The notes below the pieces were generated by a model. It searched no databases and was not told the origin of the DNA. It was given only the letters and a program-made list of their open reading frames with translations. The position numbers were made by a program, and so were the translations under genes. DNA of 64,000 nucleotides, taken from the NCBI GenBank assembly GCA_965116905.1, contig OZ220732.1, forward strand, positions 320,001 to 384,000, given 5' to 3'. Below are positions 19,043 to 28,578 of the stretch, piece after piece; position 1 is the stretch's first letter, and each line of letters opens with the position of its first letter. Source of the stretch: Longimicrobiales bacterium. GTDB taxonomy: Bacteria; Gemmatimonadota; Gemmatimonadetes; Longimicrobiales; Gaopeijiaceae.

Positions 19043-20695
19043 TCACCTCACCCCGAAATCCACCACCAGCGGCAAGTGATCCGACTTCTCCGTATCCGAC
19101 TCGAGGATCCCGAGTGCGTCCCGTGCACTCCCCGACAGGTCTGCCGCGTCGAAGAGGAACGCCCGCTCGACCCGTAGCACCGCCCCACGGTACAGCAGGT
19201 AGTCCAGCCTGCCGGGAGAGAACGGGTCCTCTCCCCAGGTGCTGCGCCAGGTGGCCAGGGAGCGGTCGCGGAGCCGTTCCGGGCGCGCCACCTCCAGATC
19301 GCGCCCGCCAACGCCCAGTCCGCGCCTCAGCTCGTCCAGGGGACGCGCGGACCCCACCAGGTTGAGGTCGCCCGCCACGACGAGTCCCGCGCCGGGCCGA
19401 TCGGCCAGCGCCGCGGCAATTGCGTAGTTCAGGGTGCGGGCCTGCAGCTCGCGCAGCCGGTCCCGCGGTGAGCCGTCGTACCCCGCGCTCTGCAGGTCAA
19501 CGGGAACGAACAGGATGTCCCGCCCGCCGACCGTCACCCAGGCTCCCGTCGCCGAGAGACCGCCCTCCGCTTCTGCGCGCGCCAGGACCGACGGCGGCGC
19601 CATCCCGGGAACCTCCGGCTCATCCCCAACCTCGGCCAGCCAGCGCTCCAGCGCGCCCAACGGGTAGCCGATCCTGCCCATTCCGCCCTCCCCCCTTACC
19701 TCCCGACCGCCGGCCCCGACAGCCGTCCGCTGCCGTCCGCCGCCCGAGGCCAGCCACCACGTCCAGCCTCCTCGCTCTCCGGCAAGGTCCCGCGTGAAGC
19801 GCGCAAGATCCTCCGGTGTCACGGTGAAGTGGATTTCATCAAGCAGGAGGATGTCGGGTGCGAGCGCCGCGACCACGCGGCGAAACGCATCCTGATTGTT
19901 GCGGAAGCTCATGCTGGAGACGTTCCAGGCCACGACGCGGAGGGCCCCCGGAACCCTGGCCACCGCGTCGGCGCCGAGCAGGGACGGCGGTTCACCCGGG
20001 GCAGTTGTGAGCGCATGCCGGAACACGGCCGTCTCGTCCACGACTGCGCCGGCGCGCAGGTAGCGCAGTCTGCCAGCCACCGCGTCCCCCGGCCCGACCG
20101 TTGCTCGCTGCCCCACCACCCCTCGCCCCCCGGTTGCCTTCACGACCGCCGCCCGGTCCAGCCGCACCTCGAAACGGTCGGACGAGTGCGTGGGAGACAC
20201 CAGCAGGCCCACCCGGGACGCCTGCTCCATCTCGCCCGGCCCATCCGGCCCGATCCGGCGAATCCCCACCCCTGCTCCGTGACCATCGCGATCCGGCTCG
20301 GGCTGGCGCGTCAGGATGACGACCAGATCAGCGCCATCCACACCACCGTAGGCCCCGCCCGTGCCCCTGTCCCCGCCCGTGCCCCTGTCCCCGCCCGAGC
20401 CCGCGTCCCCGTCCGTGTCCAGCACCAGTTCGACCGAGCCGCGCATACCCTGCACCGTCACCGTGTCGCCCAGGTCGATCAGGAAGTGGAGGAAGCGGGG
20501 GTCGTCCTGTACGGCAACGGCGCCCAGGTCCACCGGGGAGCCGGCCGGGACGTCGCCGGTCGGGTCGACCACCAGCGCCGCGACCCCTTCCCAGTCGTCG
20601 AAGTCGCCGTCGGTCCAGATGGGGGGCCGCTCCGTGGGGGGCTCGGCAGCGCACCCGAGGGTCAGGGCGACAAGGGCGACCCGCGGCAACCCCAT
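19043..20695 (-). CDS. Endonuclease/exonuclease/phosphatase (EEP) family lipoprotein
   Basis: Lipobox LTLGC; VVAWNV, LLLDE, VAGDLN, GRLDYLLY, SDHLPLVVDF; ATG at 20695 coupled to the upstream stop. Confidence 0.8.
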   Translation of the reverse strand: MGLPRVALVALTLGCAAEPPTERPPIWTDGDFDDWEGVAALVVDPTGDVPAGSPVDLGAVAVQDDPRFLHFLIDLGDTVTVQGMRGSVELVLDTDGDAGSGGDRGTGGDRGTGGAYGGVDGADLVVILTRQPEPDRDGHGAGVGIRRIGPDGPGEMEQASRVGLLVSPTHSSDRFEVRLDRAAVVKATGGRGVVGQRATVGPGDAVAGRLRYLRAGAVVDETAVFRHALTTAPGEPPSLLGADAVARVPGALRVVAWNVSSMSFRNNQDAFRRVVAALAPDILLLDEIHFTVTPEDLARFTRDLAGERGGWTWWLASGGGRQRTAVGAGGREVRGEGGMGRIGYPLGALERWLAEVGDEPEVPGMAPPSVLARAEAEGGLSATGAWVTVGGRDILFVPVDLQSAGYDGSPRDRLRELQARTLNYAIAAALADRPGAGLVVAGDLNLVGSARPLDELRRGLGVGGRDLEVARPERLRDRSLATWRSTWGEDPFSPGRLDYLLYRGAVLRVERAFLFDAADLSGSARDALGILESDTEKSDHLPLVVDFGVR

Positions 20696-22344
20696 CAGCC
20701 GCCCTGCCGCACGATCAACCACCCTCCCCGGTAGTCGGGCGGGAAGATCCCCTCGCGCACCACCGTCGTCCTGCGCCCGCCGCCCACATAGGTGACCCGG
20801 ACATCGACGCGCTCGACGCCCGCCGGAATCCCGAAGTGCGCCGGCGTGGCGCCCTGGGAGCAGTAGCCGCCGCCGGTGTCCACCAGCCGCGTACCGAGAA
20901 TCCGTCCGGTGTCGTGGTCCAGGAGCTGCACCTCGGCGCCGGGCACCATGGTCCGCCCGTCGGCGTCGGTCGCCGCAACCTGCAGCGAGCGCGCGGCAGC
21001 CTCGGCCGAAAGCAGGTTCCGGGACAGGTGGTGTGTGCCGCCCGTCTGGTCGTTGTTGGCAATCGCGAGATCCTGGTCGCCGTCGCGATCGAAGTCGGCC
21101 CAGGCTACGCCGTGGCTGGGGCCGTGCTCCAGGAGGTTGGCGGGAAGCGCGTTTCGGAACCGCCCGTCGCCGTCGTTCATGAACAAATGATCCTCGACGG
21201 CGGCGATGCCCGACAGGTATGAAGTCACGACCAGATCGGGCAGGCCATTGTGATCGACATCCGCCCAGGCCGCCGTCGTCGAATGGTAGTCCACACCCAT
21301 GGTGGCCGGATCGGTGACGTCCGTGAATGTGCCGTCGCCGTTGTTGCTCCACAGGATGTCCGGGCCGTAGGTGGCGATGAACAGGTCGAGATCGCCGTCG
21401 TTGTCGTAGTCGGTCACCGCCGGCGCGACGCTGCCGTACTCCTCACCCCGGTTCGGGTGGTTCATCCCCAGCGCGGGTGCCACATCGACGAACGTCCCGT
21501 CGCCCTCGTTGCGGTAGAAGGCGTCCTCGTCGCCGTTCTGGTTCGAGACGTGGACATCCAGGTCGCCGTCGCGGTCGTAGTCGAACCAGACGACTCCCAC
21601 CGTTCGACGCGGGTCCCCGAGGCCCGACTCCGTGGTCACGTCGGTGAAGGTCCAGACGGGGTCACCGGGGCCGCGGTCGCTGGCGGCGAGGTCATCGGCG
21701 GCCGGATCGTCCGCCGGCCCGTCGTTCCGGAACAGCCGGTTGGGCTGGTCGCGCATCGCCACGAACAGGTCCAGATCCTGGTCCCCGTCGTAGTCGATCC
21801 AGCTTGGTTGCCTCGTATTGCCCAGCAGGTCAACGCCAAGTCCGCTCGTCACGTCCGCGAAGATCTGATCGTCGTTGCGGTACAGGCGATTGGGTGTCTC
21901 GGCCGTGGCGGAATGCCCGACGTAGAGATCCAGGTCGCCGTCGCCGTCATAATCCCCCCACGCAGCGGCGCGCGTGTCCTCCAAGTCGGCCAGACCGAAC
22001 TCGGGCGCGACGTCGACGAAGGTGCCGGCGTCGTTCCGGTACAGTCGGTTCTCCGAGTACCGCATGCCCACGAAGAGGTCGAGGTCGCCGTCGCGGTCGA
22101 AGTCGGCCCATGCGTTCGGCTGGGCGCCGGGGGTGGCGAAGAGCTCCGGCTGCACGCGGTCGAACGCGGGGAGCGCGCCCGCGTCGCCATCCGGCTCGCC
22201 ACACGCCGTCAGGAAGGCAGTGGCAAGCAGCAGGAAGCAACGCGTCGCCCCGGCCCGGGCCTGTTCCGCACTCACGGCCTGCTCCGCACTCACGATTGTC
22301 TTGCACCAGGACCCACCGACCTCATACTCAGTCCGGATTCTCAC
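20695..22344 (-). CDS. CRTAC1 family protein (FG-GAP/VCBS repeats + ASPIC/UnbV), probable lipoprotein
   Basis: Repeated W.D(F/Y)D.DGDLDL.V...NRLYRND; C-terminal GGGYCSQG...HFG; lipobox LTAC; start uncertain. Confidence 0.85.
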   Translation of the reverse strand: MRIRTEYEVGGSWCKTIVSAEQAVSAEQARAGATRCFLLLATAFLTACGEPDGDAGALPAFDRVQPELFATPGAQPNAWADFDRDGDLDLFVGMRYSENRLYRNDAGTFVDVAPEFGLADLEDTRAAAWGDYDGDGDLDLYVGHSATAETPNRLYRNDDQIFADVTSGLGVDLLGNTRQPSWIDYDGDQDLDLFVAMRDQPNRLFRNDGPADDPAADDLAASDRGPGDPVWTFTDVTTESGLGDPRRTVGVVWFDYDRDGDLDVHVSNQNGDEDAFYRNEGDGTFVDVAPALGMNHPNRGEEYGSVAPAVTDYDNDGDLDLFIATYGPDILWSNNGDGTFTDVTDPATMGVDYHSTTAAWADVDHNGLPDLVVTSYLSGIAAVEDHLFMNDGDGRFRNALPANLLEHGPSHGVAWADFDRDGDQDLAIANNDQTGGTHHLSRNLLSAEAAARSLQVAATDADGRTMVPGAEVQLLDHDTGRILGTRLVDTGGGYCSQGATPAHFGIPAGVERVDVRVTYVGGGRRTTVVREGIFPPDYRGGWLIVRQGG

Positions 22345-22458
22345 CCTTCACCTCCTTCAAGGCGCATAGCGACATGGCGGACGGCTCCATGCTCGATCTC
22401 GGACGGAAGATACTCGACTTCGCGAGCGCCTCCAGCTGGTCCACCGGACTCCTACCGC

Positions 22459-25257
22459 CTACCGCCGCCCCCTGCGCCCGAGCCCGCGGCCCCGGCCGCC
22501 CATCTGATTCCCCAGCCGGTACATGACCCTGAGCATGAAATACTGGCCCAGCGACTCCGTGCGCGACTCCTCGATGTAGTTCGCGGAGTTGGTGACGGCA
22601 ACGCCCTGATTCTGATTCAGCAGATCGTAGGCCTGCAGCTCGATCTCGGCCCGGCCGTCGATCACGCGCCGGGTGATGGTGGCGTCCCAGCGTGCAATGT
22701 TCCGCGATTCCGCGAAGAGCCCCTGGTCATAGGTGCGGTAGCGGAAGTCCGTCTCCAGCTCCCAGGCGCCGAGATACCAGGTGCCTTCGGCCTGGTACTC
22801 GCTGTTCACGTAGCTCCGGTTCAGCTCCTGGTTCAGCGAGTACTTGACATCGTTGAAACCGAATTCCGCGGACACTTCCACATCGAACCGGTCCTTCACC
22901 CGGTTGTCCACGCCGATCTCGACGGTGTTGCGCAGGATCCGGCTCTCGTTGGCGGCGAGGTTGACCAGCTCGGTGCCCTCCGAATACGTGACCCGGTACT
23001 CCAGGTCGAGGTCGATACCGAGCTTTCTGACGGGGGTGCCGAAACTCGCTCCCAGGTTGCCGGACCACTCGCCGTCGGTGTTCACCGGCATCCGGGTCTG
23101 GAACCCCCGTTCGTCGAAGAAGCGCGACGTCGAAATGCTGTTGTCGTTGTATGTGAAGCCGGCGAAGGTGAAGAGGTTGATGAAGCTGAACTGGTCGAAG
23201 AAACGGTAGTCGGCGTTGAGCCGGTGCCGGTACTCGGGGCGCAGGTCCGGGTTGCCCGAATAGACGTTGAGCGGATCGCGGTTGTCCGAGTAGGGCTGGA
23301 GTTGCGTCAGCGAGGGCTCGCGGCTGGAGCCGCTGTAACGGAACTCCAGGTTCTGTCCTTCCTTGATCTCGTTCTTGAACTGGGCGTTCGCCAGGATGTG
23401 GGTGTAGCCGTTTTCGATCGTCTGGTCGCGGTCCAGGATGACGCCGTCGAGCTGCGACCTCTGCAGCCGGAGGCCGACCGTGAACCAGGAGCGGTCGTTG
23501 TTGCGGCTGTAGCGCGCCCCGCCCAGCAGATACGTGTACGCCCGCTCGAACCCGGAACTCAGCCGGTCGTTGAGCAGGGGCACGCCGTCGACCAGATCGT
23601 AGACCGAGTTGCTGCGGTCCTCGCGCGTCGAGTTGCGCTGGCCGAAGAGCTCCATGGTGTGGCCATCGGCGAGCGGCTGCGTCAGGGAGAGCCGCGCCGA
23701 GTTGTTCCAGGTCCGCCCCACCCGCGTCTGCTCCTGCAGGATCTCCTCAAGATCCCCGTCGTGATCCCGCTCGCCGCGCACCTCGCCCGTCACCACCGAC
23801 GACAGGTCCGACACCAGGTCCGAATCCTGCAGGCCGCTTCGCAGCTCCGCGACGAGGCTGCGGCCGTCCCCGTTCAGCCGTTTGCGCCACGTGAGGCGCG
23901 CGTTGCCGCCCAGGTCGTCCCCGTCCACGAGATAGTCCGTGGTGGCCGAATTGAGCATGCTGCCGCTCAGCGTGTGCGTCTGCCGGTTCGCGAAGGAGGT
24001 GAGCGACGACGCACGCGTGTTTCCGTCCATGCGCAACCGCATGTCGTGGCCTTCCGAGAAGGTGACCTGCGCGTTGAGGTTCACCCGCTGGTTCAGGTTG
24101 CCGGTCTCCTGGTTGCTGGTCTGGTCGACGAACGACGCGACATTCGATCCGAAGAGCGCCTGCTGCTGCAGCGTCCGGTCCTGGAGATTGTCGAGCTGGC
24201 TGACGAAATAGCTTCCCCGTACCCAGGTGTCGTCGCCGCCGCCGAAGTCCCGGCTCGCGTTGAGTCCCACGCTCATCGTCTCGGTAAAGCCGTCGTTGCC
24301 CCCGCCTCCGCGTCCGCCGCCGCCCGCAAAGTCCGCAAAGTCCCGCCAGCTGAACCCGGCCCGGTTGACGTTGTTGGCGTTCGCGGTCAGCGCAAGCTGC
24401 GTGTTGGGCGAGAATCGGTTCAGCGTCAGCGAGCCGTCGTAGCGCGCCTCGTTGCCCACCGGTCCCGCGAGCCGGCCCTGGGCGTTGACGTCACCGCCGA
24501 CGCCGCCCCTGGCCCGGCCGAAGTATCCACGGCGCGCCTCCTCCCTCAGCCTGAGGTCGATCGTGCGCTCGTCCTCGCCGTCGGGGATCCCGGTGAACTC
24601 CGCCATGTCGGACTGCTTGTCATAGACATCGACCTGCGCGACCGCATCGGCCGGCAGGTTCTGGGTCGCAACCGTCGCATCGCCGCCGAAGAACTCCTTG
24701 CCGTCCACGAGGAGGTTCTGCACCTCTTCGCCCTGCGCCGTAATCGTGCCGTCCGTGCCGACCTGGATCCCTGGAAGTCTGCGCAGGAGGTCCTCGACGG
24801 ATGCGTTGGGGGGCGTCGGAAAGGCCAGCGCGTTGTAGCTGAGCGTATCGCGCCGGTTCACGAAGGGGACGTGCTCCACGCTGACCACCAGCGAGTCCAT
24901 CTCCAGCGCCGTGACCGAAAGCACGACCTCTCCGGCGTCCACATCGGCGTCCGCCACGTCGAAGTCGCGGCGGAGCGTCTGGTATCCGATCAGAGTGACC
25001 TGCAGGATGTACGCGCCCGGCGTCAGCCCCGGGATCGTGAAGCCGCCGTCGCCCGAGCTGAGCGTGTACCTGGTCAACACGGAATCCGGCCGCGTCAGCG
25101 CGACCACCATCGCGTTCTGGAGGCCGGTGCCCAGCGAGTCGGCAACGACGCCCTGTACGCTGTATTCCGCCGTTTCCTCCTGCCCGCTCACCGGCGTCAC
25201 CGGCGTGAATACGGCGTGGCAGACCAACGCCGCTGCAAGTATCAATCCTCGTCTCAC
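22459..25257 (-). CDS. TonB-dependent-receptor-like outer-membrane beta-barrel with N-terminal carboxypeptidase-regulatory-like domain
   Basis: DTLSYNA...VEDLLRRLPGI...LLVDGKEFFGGD...NLPADAV; GNPDLRPEY; C-terminal YFMLRVMYRL; GTG after aggag. Confidence 0.85.
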   Translation of the reverse strand: MRRGLILAAALVCHAVFTPVTPVSGQEETAEYSVQGVVADSLGTGLQNAMVVALTRPDSVLTRYTLSSGDGGFTIPGLTPGAYILQVTLIGYQTLRRDFDVADADVDAGEVVLSVTALEMDSLVVSVEHVPFVNRRDTLSYNALAFPTPPNASVEDLLRRLPGIQVGTDGTITAQGEEVQNLLVDGKEFFGGDATVATQNLPADAVAQVDVYDKQSDMAEFTGIPDGEDERTIDLRLREEARRGYFGRARGGVGGDVNAQGRLAGPVGNEARYDGSLTLNRFSPNTQLALTANANNVNRAGFSWRDFADFAGGGGRGGGGNDGFTETMSVGLNASRDFGGGDDTWVRGSYFVSQLDNLQDRTLQQQALFGSNVASFVDQTSNQETGNLNQRVNLNAQVTFSEGHDMRLRMDGNTRASSLTSFANRQTHTLSGSMLNSATTDYLVDGDDLGGNARLTWRKRLNGDGRSLVAELRSGLQDSDLVSDLSSVVTGEVRGERDHDGDLEEILQEQTRVGRTWNNSARLSLTQPLADGHTMELFGQRNSTREDRSNSVYDLVDGVPLLNDRLSSGFERAYTYLLGGARYSRNNDRSWFTVGLRLQRSQLDGVILDRDQTIENGYTHILANAQFKNEIKEGQNLEFRYSGSSREPSLTQLQPYSDNRDPLNVYSGNPDLRPEYRHRLNADYRFFDQFSFINLFTFAGFTYNDNSISTSRFFDERGFQTRMPVNTDGEWSGNLGASFGTPVRKLGIDLDLEYRVTYSEGTELVNLAANESRILRNTVEIGVDNRVKDRFDVEVSAEFGFNDVKYSLNQELNRSYVNSEYQAEGTWYLGAWELETDFRYRTYDQGLFAESRNIARWDATITRRVIDGRAEIELQAYDLLNQNQGVAVTNSANYIEESRTESLGQYFMLRVMYRLGNQMGGRGRGLGRRGRR

Positions 25258-25267
25258 CCTCTGTCTC

Positions 25268-26116
25268 CTACTCCCGGCCGCCCCCACGACGCCGATTCAG
25301 TCTCTCGATCTCGTCGAGCTTCTCCTCGACGATGCCTTCATATTCCTCGCGCGACACCTCGTCGCCGTCCTCCGGCGCGCGGATCAGCCCCACGTCCACC
25401 TCCCCTAGCACGATCTCCGACGCGAAGTACTGCGTGCGGCCGCCATCCAGCGACAGCACCAGGATCATCCCCGGCAGACCGCCGTACGAGGCGGGACCCC
25501 CGGAAACGGGGATCTCCGGGGTAAACCACGCCTCGATCGAGGTCCCGTCCTGCTCGACCGTGGCCTTGATGACCATGCGCCCCAGGTGCTCCGCCTGCTC
25601 GCTCGTGAGACGCCACGCGTACTGCGGCGGCGACCCCGCGATGCGGAACGTCCGTCCCATGAATTCGCGGGTCTCGACCAGGGTCCCCTGCTCGTAGCTG
25701 ACCCAGGTATCGCGCACGATCTCCTGGTCGCGCCTCGACGCGGACTGCCTCTTCATCCACAGCATCCGCCGAAGCCAGCGATCCGAGACCATCCGGCCAC
25801 TCGACCCGGCCGAGTCGTCCCCCTTGTCGGGTGCCGGGGTCATGAGCGAGGCCGACGGGCCGAAGTGAAGGACCACGGTGCCGGTTTCGGAGTCCGCCAT
25901 CATTTCTTCCCACCCCTCCGGCACCTCGAAGTCGTACTGGTGGGAAAAGGTGTAGGCGATCGTCCCCTGTTGCTGAGCGGAGAGCGCGGCCGGCAAGTAC
26001 AGCGCCGGCGCGACGCACGCCACTGCGCAAGCGAGGGCGATCGGCAGCGCAAGCCGCCCAGTCGCGGGTGCCGGCCCAATGCGGATCTGTGGTGCGGAGT
26101 CCATGCCCATGTTCAT
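25268..26116 (-). CDS. GLPGLI family protein
   Basis: IEAWFTPEIPVSGGPASYGGLPGMILVL; signal peptide ending LSAQQQ; upstream of the barrel gene; start could be 26104, 26110 or 26116. Confidence 0.8.
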   Translation of the reverse strand: MNMGMDSAPQIRIGPAPATGRLALPIALACAVACVAPALYLPAALSAQQQGTIAYTFSHQYDFEVPEGWEEMMADSETGTVVLHFGPSASLMTPAPDKGDDSAGSSGRMVSDRWLRRMLWMKRQSASRRDQEIVRDTWVSYEQGTLVETREFMGRTFRIAGSPPQYAWRLTSEQAEHLGRMVIKATVEQDGTSIEAWFTPEIPVSGGPASYGGLPGMILVLSLDGGRTQYFASEIVLGEVDVGLIRAPEDGDEVSREEYEGIVEEKLDEIERLNRRRGGGRE

Positions 26117-26204
26117 ACCGTTAGGACAGGGGACCCGTTCCAAACGTTGCTGCCGGGTGCGTCCTGCAGATGCACGGACGACCCTGGTGTCCGGGACCCG
26201 ACCC

Positions 26205-26240
26205 TTGAATGATATATGGCTGCCATATACCATATATGGC
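26205..26240 (+). promoter_or_regulatory. vapBC promoter (TTGAAT-17-TACCAT) with three alternating 8-bp boxes TATATGGC/GCCATATA
   Basis: Boxes at 26213-26220, 26222-26229 (inverted) and 26233-26240; the -10 ends 7 nt before ATG 26241. Confidence 0.7.
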
Positions 26241-26555
26241 ATGACGACGATCAAGACGACGGTGTACCTGCACGCAGCGGATTACCGCCGGCTGAAATCG
26301 CTGGCAGCCGATCAGGGGCGCCCGGCGGCGGAACTGGTGCGCGAGGCGGTGGCCGAGTACACGGCGCGCGCAACGGAGCGCGAGTGGCCGAGGTCCATCG
26401 GGATAATGGACAGCGGCGATCCGCACTTCGCCGAGAACTACGAGGACTATCTCGATGGCTTCGGGGAGGACGGCCTGGAGGATTACTTCGCGAGCCTGGA
26501 GTCCGATGGTGCCGGCGAGGACGCGGTGAAAAAGCCCCATGGACTTTCGGAGTAG
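26241..26555 (+). CDS. vapB: CopG/ribbon-helix-helix antitoxin (VapB-like)
   Basis: KTTVYLHAADYRRLKSLAADQGRPAAELVREAVAEY; acidic tail; upstream of a PIN gene. Confidence 0.8.
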   Translation: MTTIKTTVYLHAADYRRLKSLAADQGRPAAELVREAVAEYTARATEREWPRSIGIMDSGDPHFAENYEDYLDGFGEDGLEDYFASLESDGAGEDAVKKPHGLSE

Positions 26556-26564
26556 CACGCCCCG

Positions 26565-27023
26565 GTGATCGTTGCCGACACGAGTGCGGTTCTCGCGCTT
26601 TTGGACTCTCGCAGTCCTGGCCATACGCCGGTGCGAAAGGCCTTTCGCGCCTACCGAAGTGAATGCGTATTGCCATGGGCCATACTGCCCGAACTCGACT
26701 ACATGGTGTTGCAGAGGGGTGGCCCAAGGTCCGTCCACGCCCTGCGGGCCGACCTGGCGGAAGGCCGCTACCTCGTCGAGTGGGGTGAAGGCGACGACCT
26801 GCGGAGAGCACTCGAACTTGACCGCACCTATCGCGATCTGTCACTGGGCCTGGTCGATTGCGTCGTCATGGCCGTGGCAGAGCGAATCGAGGCCCGCGCG
26901 ATAATGACCCTCGACGTGCGCGACTTCGGCGCGGTCACGCTGAAGGGCGAGCCGGAGATCTGGCCGCGCGATCTGTCGGCAGGTCCGGACCCCGAACCGA
27001 CCCGACCTGTCTGGCCCGGTTAG
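26565..27023 (+). CDS. vapC: PIN-domain toxin (VapC-like)
   Basis: IVADTSAVLAL, LPELDY, LGLVDCVVMAVAER, TLDVRDF. Confidence 0.9.
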   Translation: MIVADTSAVLALLDSRSPGHTPVRKAFRAYRSECVLPWAILPELDYMVLQRGGPRSVHALRADLAEGRYLVEWGEGDDLRRALELDRTYRDLSLGLVDCVVMAVAERIEARAIMTLDVRDFGAVTLKGEPEIWPRDLSAGPDPEPTRPVWPG

Positions 27024-27056
27024 CGCGGCGGCCCGGGGGCCGGCTGGCCTCGGACG

Positions 27057-28502
27057 TTACGCCCCCACCACCGGCCAGGGCTCCCACTCCCGCCACTTGC
27101 CACGCGTAAAGTCCGGGAACTCCACCGGCTGGCTCCCGTTCGCCACGCTGATCTCGGACAGCTCGCACACCGCGCTCAACGCCGCCGCGTCGTAGACGTT
27201 CATGTCGAGCGGAAGCCCCTCGCTCAGACACTTGATGAGCCGGTAGTCCTCCATGAAGTCCATGCCGCCGTGGCCCGCGCCGATCGAGGCCTCGCGGAGC
27301 GCGCGCCACAGGGGGTGCTCGAATTCGTCCTGGTAGGTCCCGGCTTCCTCCCAGCGGTGCGACGGGCTGCGGCCCTCGATGTACACGCGGTCGGGATAGC
27401 CCTGGAAGATCCCCCTCGTCCCCTGAACCTTGTTGATGCGGTCGTACGGGCGCGGGAGGTTGGTGTCGTGGGCCACGTAGATCGTCTTGCCGAGCGCGGT
27501 CTGGATCAGGCTGCCGTTCACGTCGCCCAGCGCGAAGGTCTCGGCGCGCTTCGGATGGCCGTCCGGGTAGTTGGCGGCCGCCCACTCCTGCAGGCCGCGC
27601 GAGGGACTGCTCATCGAGACGAGGAGGGCGAAGCGGTCCCCGCGGTTGATGTCCATGCAGTTGGCGACCGGACCGAGCCCGTGCGTGGGATAGAGGTTGC
27701 CGTTCCGGGTCCAGGAGTGATCCCGGCGCCAGAGTCCCTCCCCCTCGTCGGCGAACTTGATGCCTCGCAGATCGTGCAGATACCCGCACTCGGCGTGCAG
27801 GATCTCGCCGAGCAGGCCCTGCCGCACGAGGTTCAGACAGAGGAGCTCGGCGCGCCCGTAGTTGACGTTCTCCATCATGGCGCAATGCCGCCCGGTGCGC
27901 TCGGCCGTCTCGACCAGCCGCCAGCAGTCGTCCAGCGTGTAGGCCGCGGGGACCTCGGTGGCCGCGTGCTTGCCGTTCTCCATGGCCGCAACGCAGACGG
28001 GGACGTGCCAGCGCCAGGGCGTCGCCGTGTAGACGAGGTCGACGTCGGCCTCGGCGCAGAGGCGCTCGAAGTCGGTCTCGCCGGCGGTGTAGAGTGTGGG
28101 CCGCGGGTGGCCGGCCTCTTCGATGATCGCCGCCGCGCGCTCCGCGTGGGCCTCGCGGATGTCGCAAACGGCGGTGACCGTGCACCCGTCGATGCGCACC
28201 AGGTTGCGGACGTGCGCGGTGCCCATCCCGCCGACGCCCACGTAGCCGATCCGCACGTGGTCGATCGCCGGGGCGGCGAGGGGGTGCGCGGGGGCTGCGG
28301 GCAGGTCCTGTGGCACGGCGGCCGAGCGGGTCAGCGCACCCGTGCCCGATCCGGGCTCGCCGCAGCCGGCAACCGCCCCGGCAGCCACGCCCAGGGCGCC
28401 CACCTTCAGGAAGTCGCGGCGATCGAGGCCGGCAGCACGGTCGGCAGCACCGTCGGCAGCACGGCCGGCGGTGGTCGGCATGGTGTCGCGGTCGTCTTTC
28501 AT
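27057..28502 (-). CDS. Tat-exported Gfo/Idh/MocA protein, GH109 (NAD-dependent N-acetylhexosaminidase-like)
   Basis: DRRDFLK Tat motif; GVGGMG; ATEVPAA, MMENVNY, GNLYPTHGLGP, GHGGMDF. Confidence 0.85.
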   Translation of the reverse strand: MKDDRDTMPTTAGRAADGAADRAAGLDRRDFLKVGALGVAAGAVAGCGEPGSGTGALTRSAAVPQDLPAAPAHPLAAPAIDHVRIGYVGVGGMGTAHVRNLVRIDGCTVTAVCDIREAHAERAAAIIEEAGHPRPTLYTAGETDFERLCAEADVDLVYTATPWRWHVPVCVAAMENGKHAATEVPAAYTLDDCWRLVETAERTGRHCAMMENVNYGRAELLCLNLVRQGLLGEILHAECGYLHDLRGIKFADEGEGLWRRDHSWTRNGNLYPTHGLGPVANCMDINRGDRFALLVSMSSPSRGLQEWAAANYPDGHPKRAETFALGDVNGSLIQTALGKTIYVAHDTNLPRPYDRINKVQGTRGIFQGYPDRVYIEGRSPSHRWEEAGTYQDEFEHPLWRALREASIGAGHGGMDFMEDYRLIKCLSEGLPLDMNVYDAAALSAVCELSEISVANGSQPVEFPDFTRGKWREWEPWPVVGA

Positions 28503-28578
28503 CGTTCGCCGTCCTTTGGGCTGCGGTGGGGCTTCGGGGACTCCGGGTGCCGCAAGGTTGTGCGTCGTTCGCGCCCGG

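Noticed and set aside
21250..25524. 1424-aa plus-strand ORF and other long ORFs such as 57716-60745, 6070-8478 and 15041-17056
   Set aside because: They are antisense shadows of well-supported genes, expected in high-GC DNA, and have no recognisable motifs.
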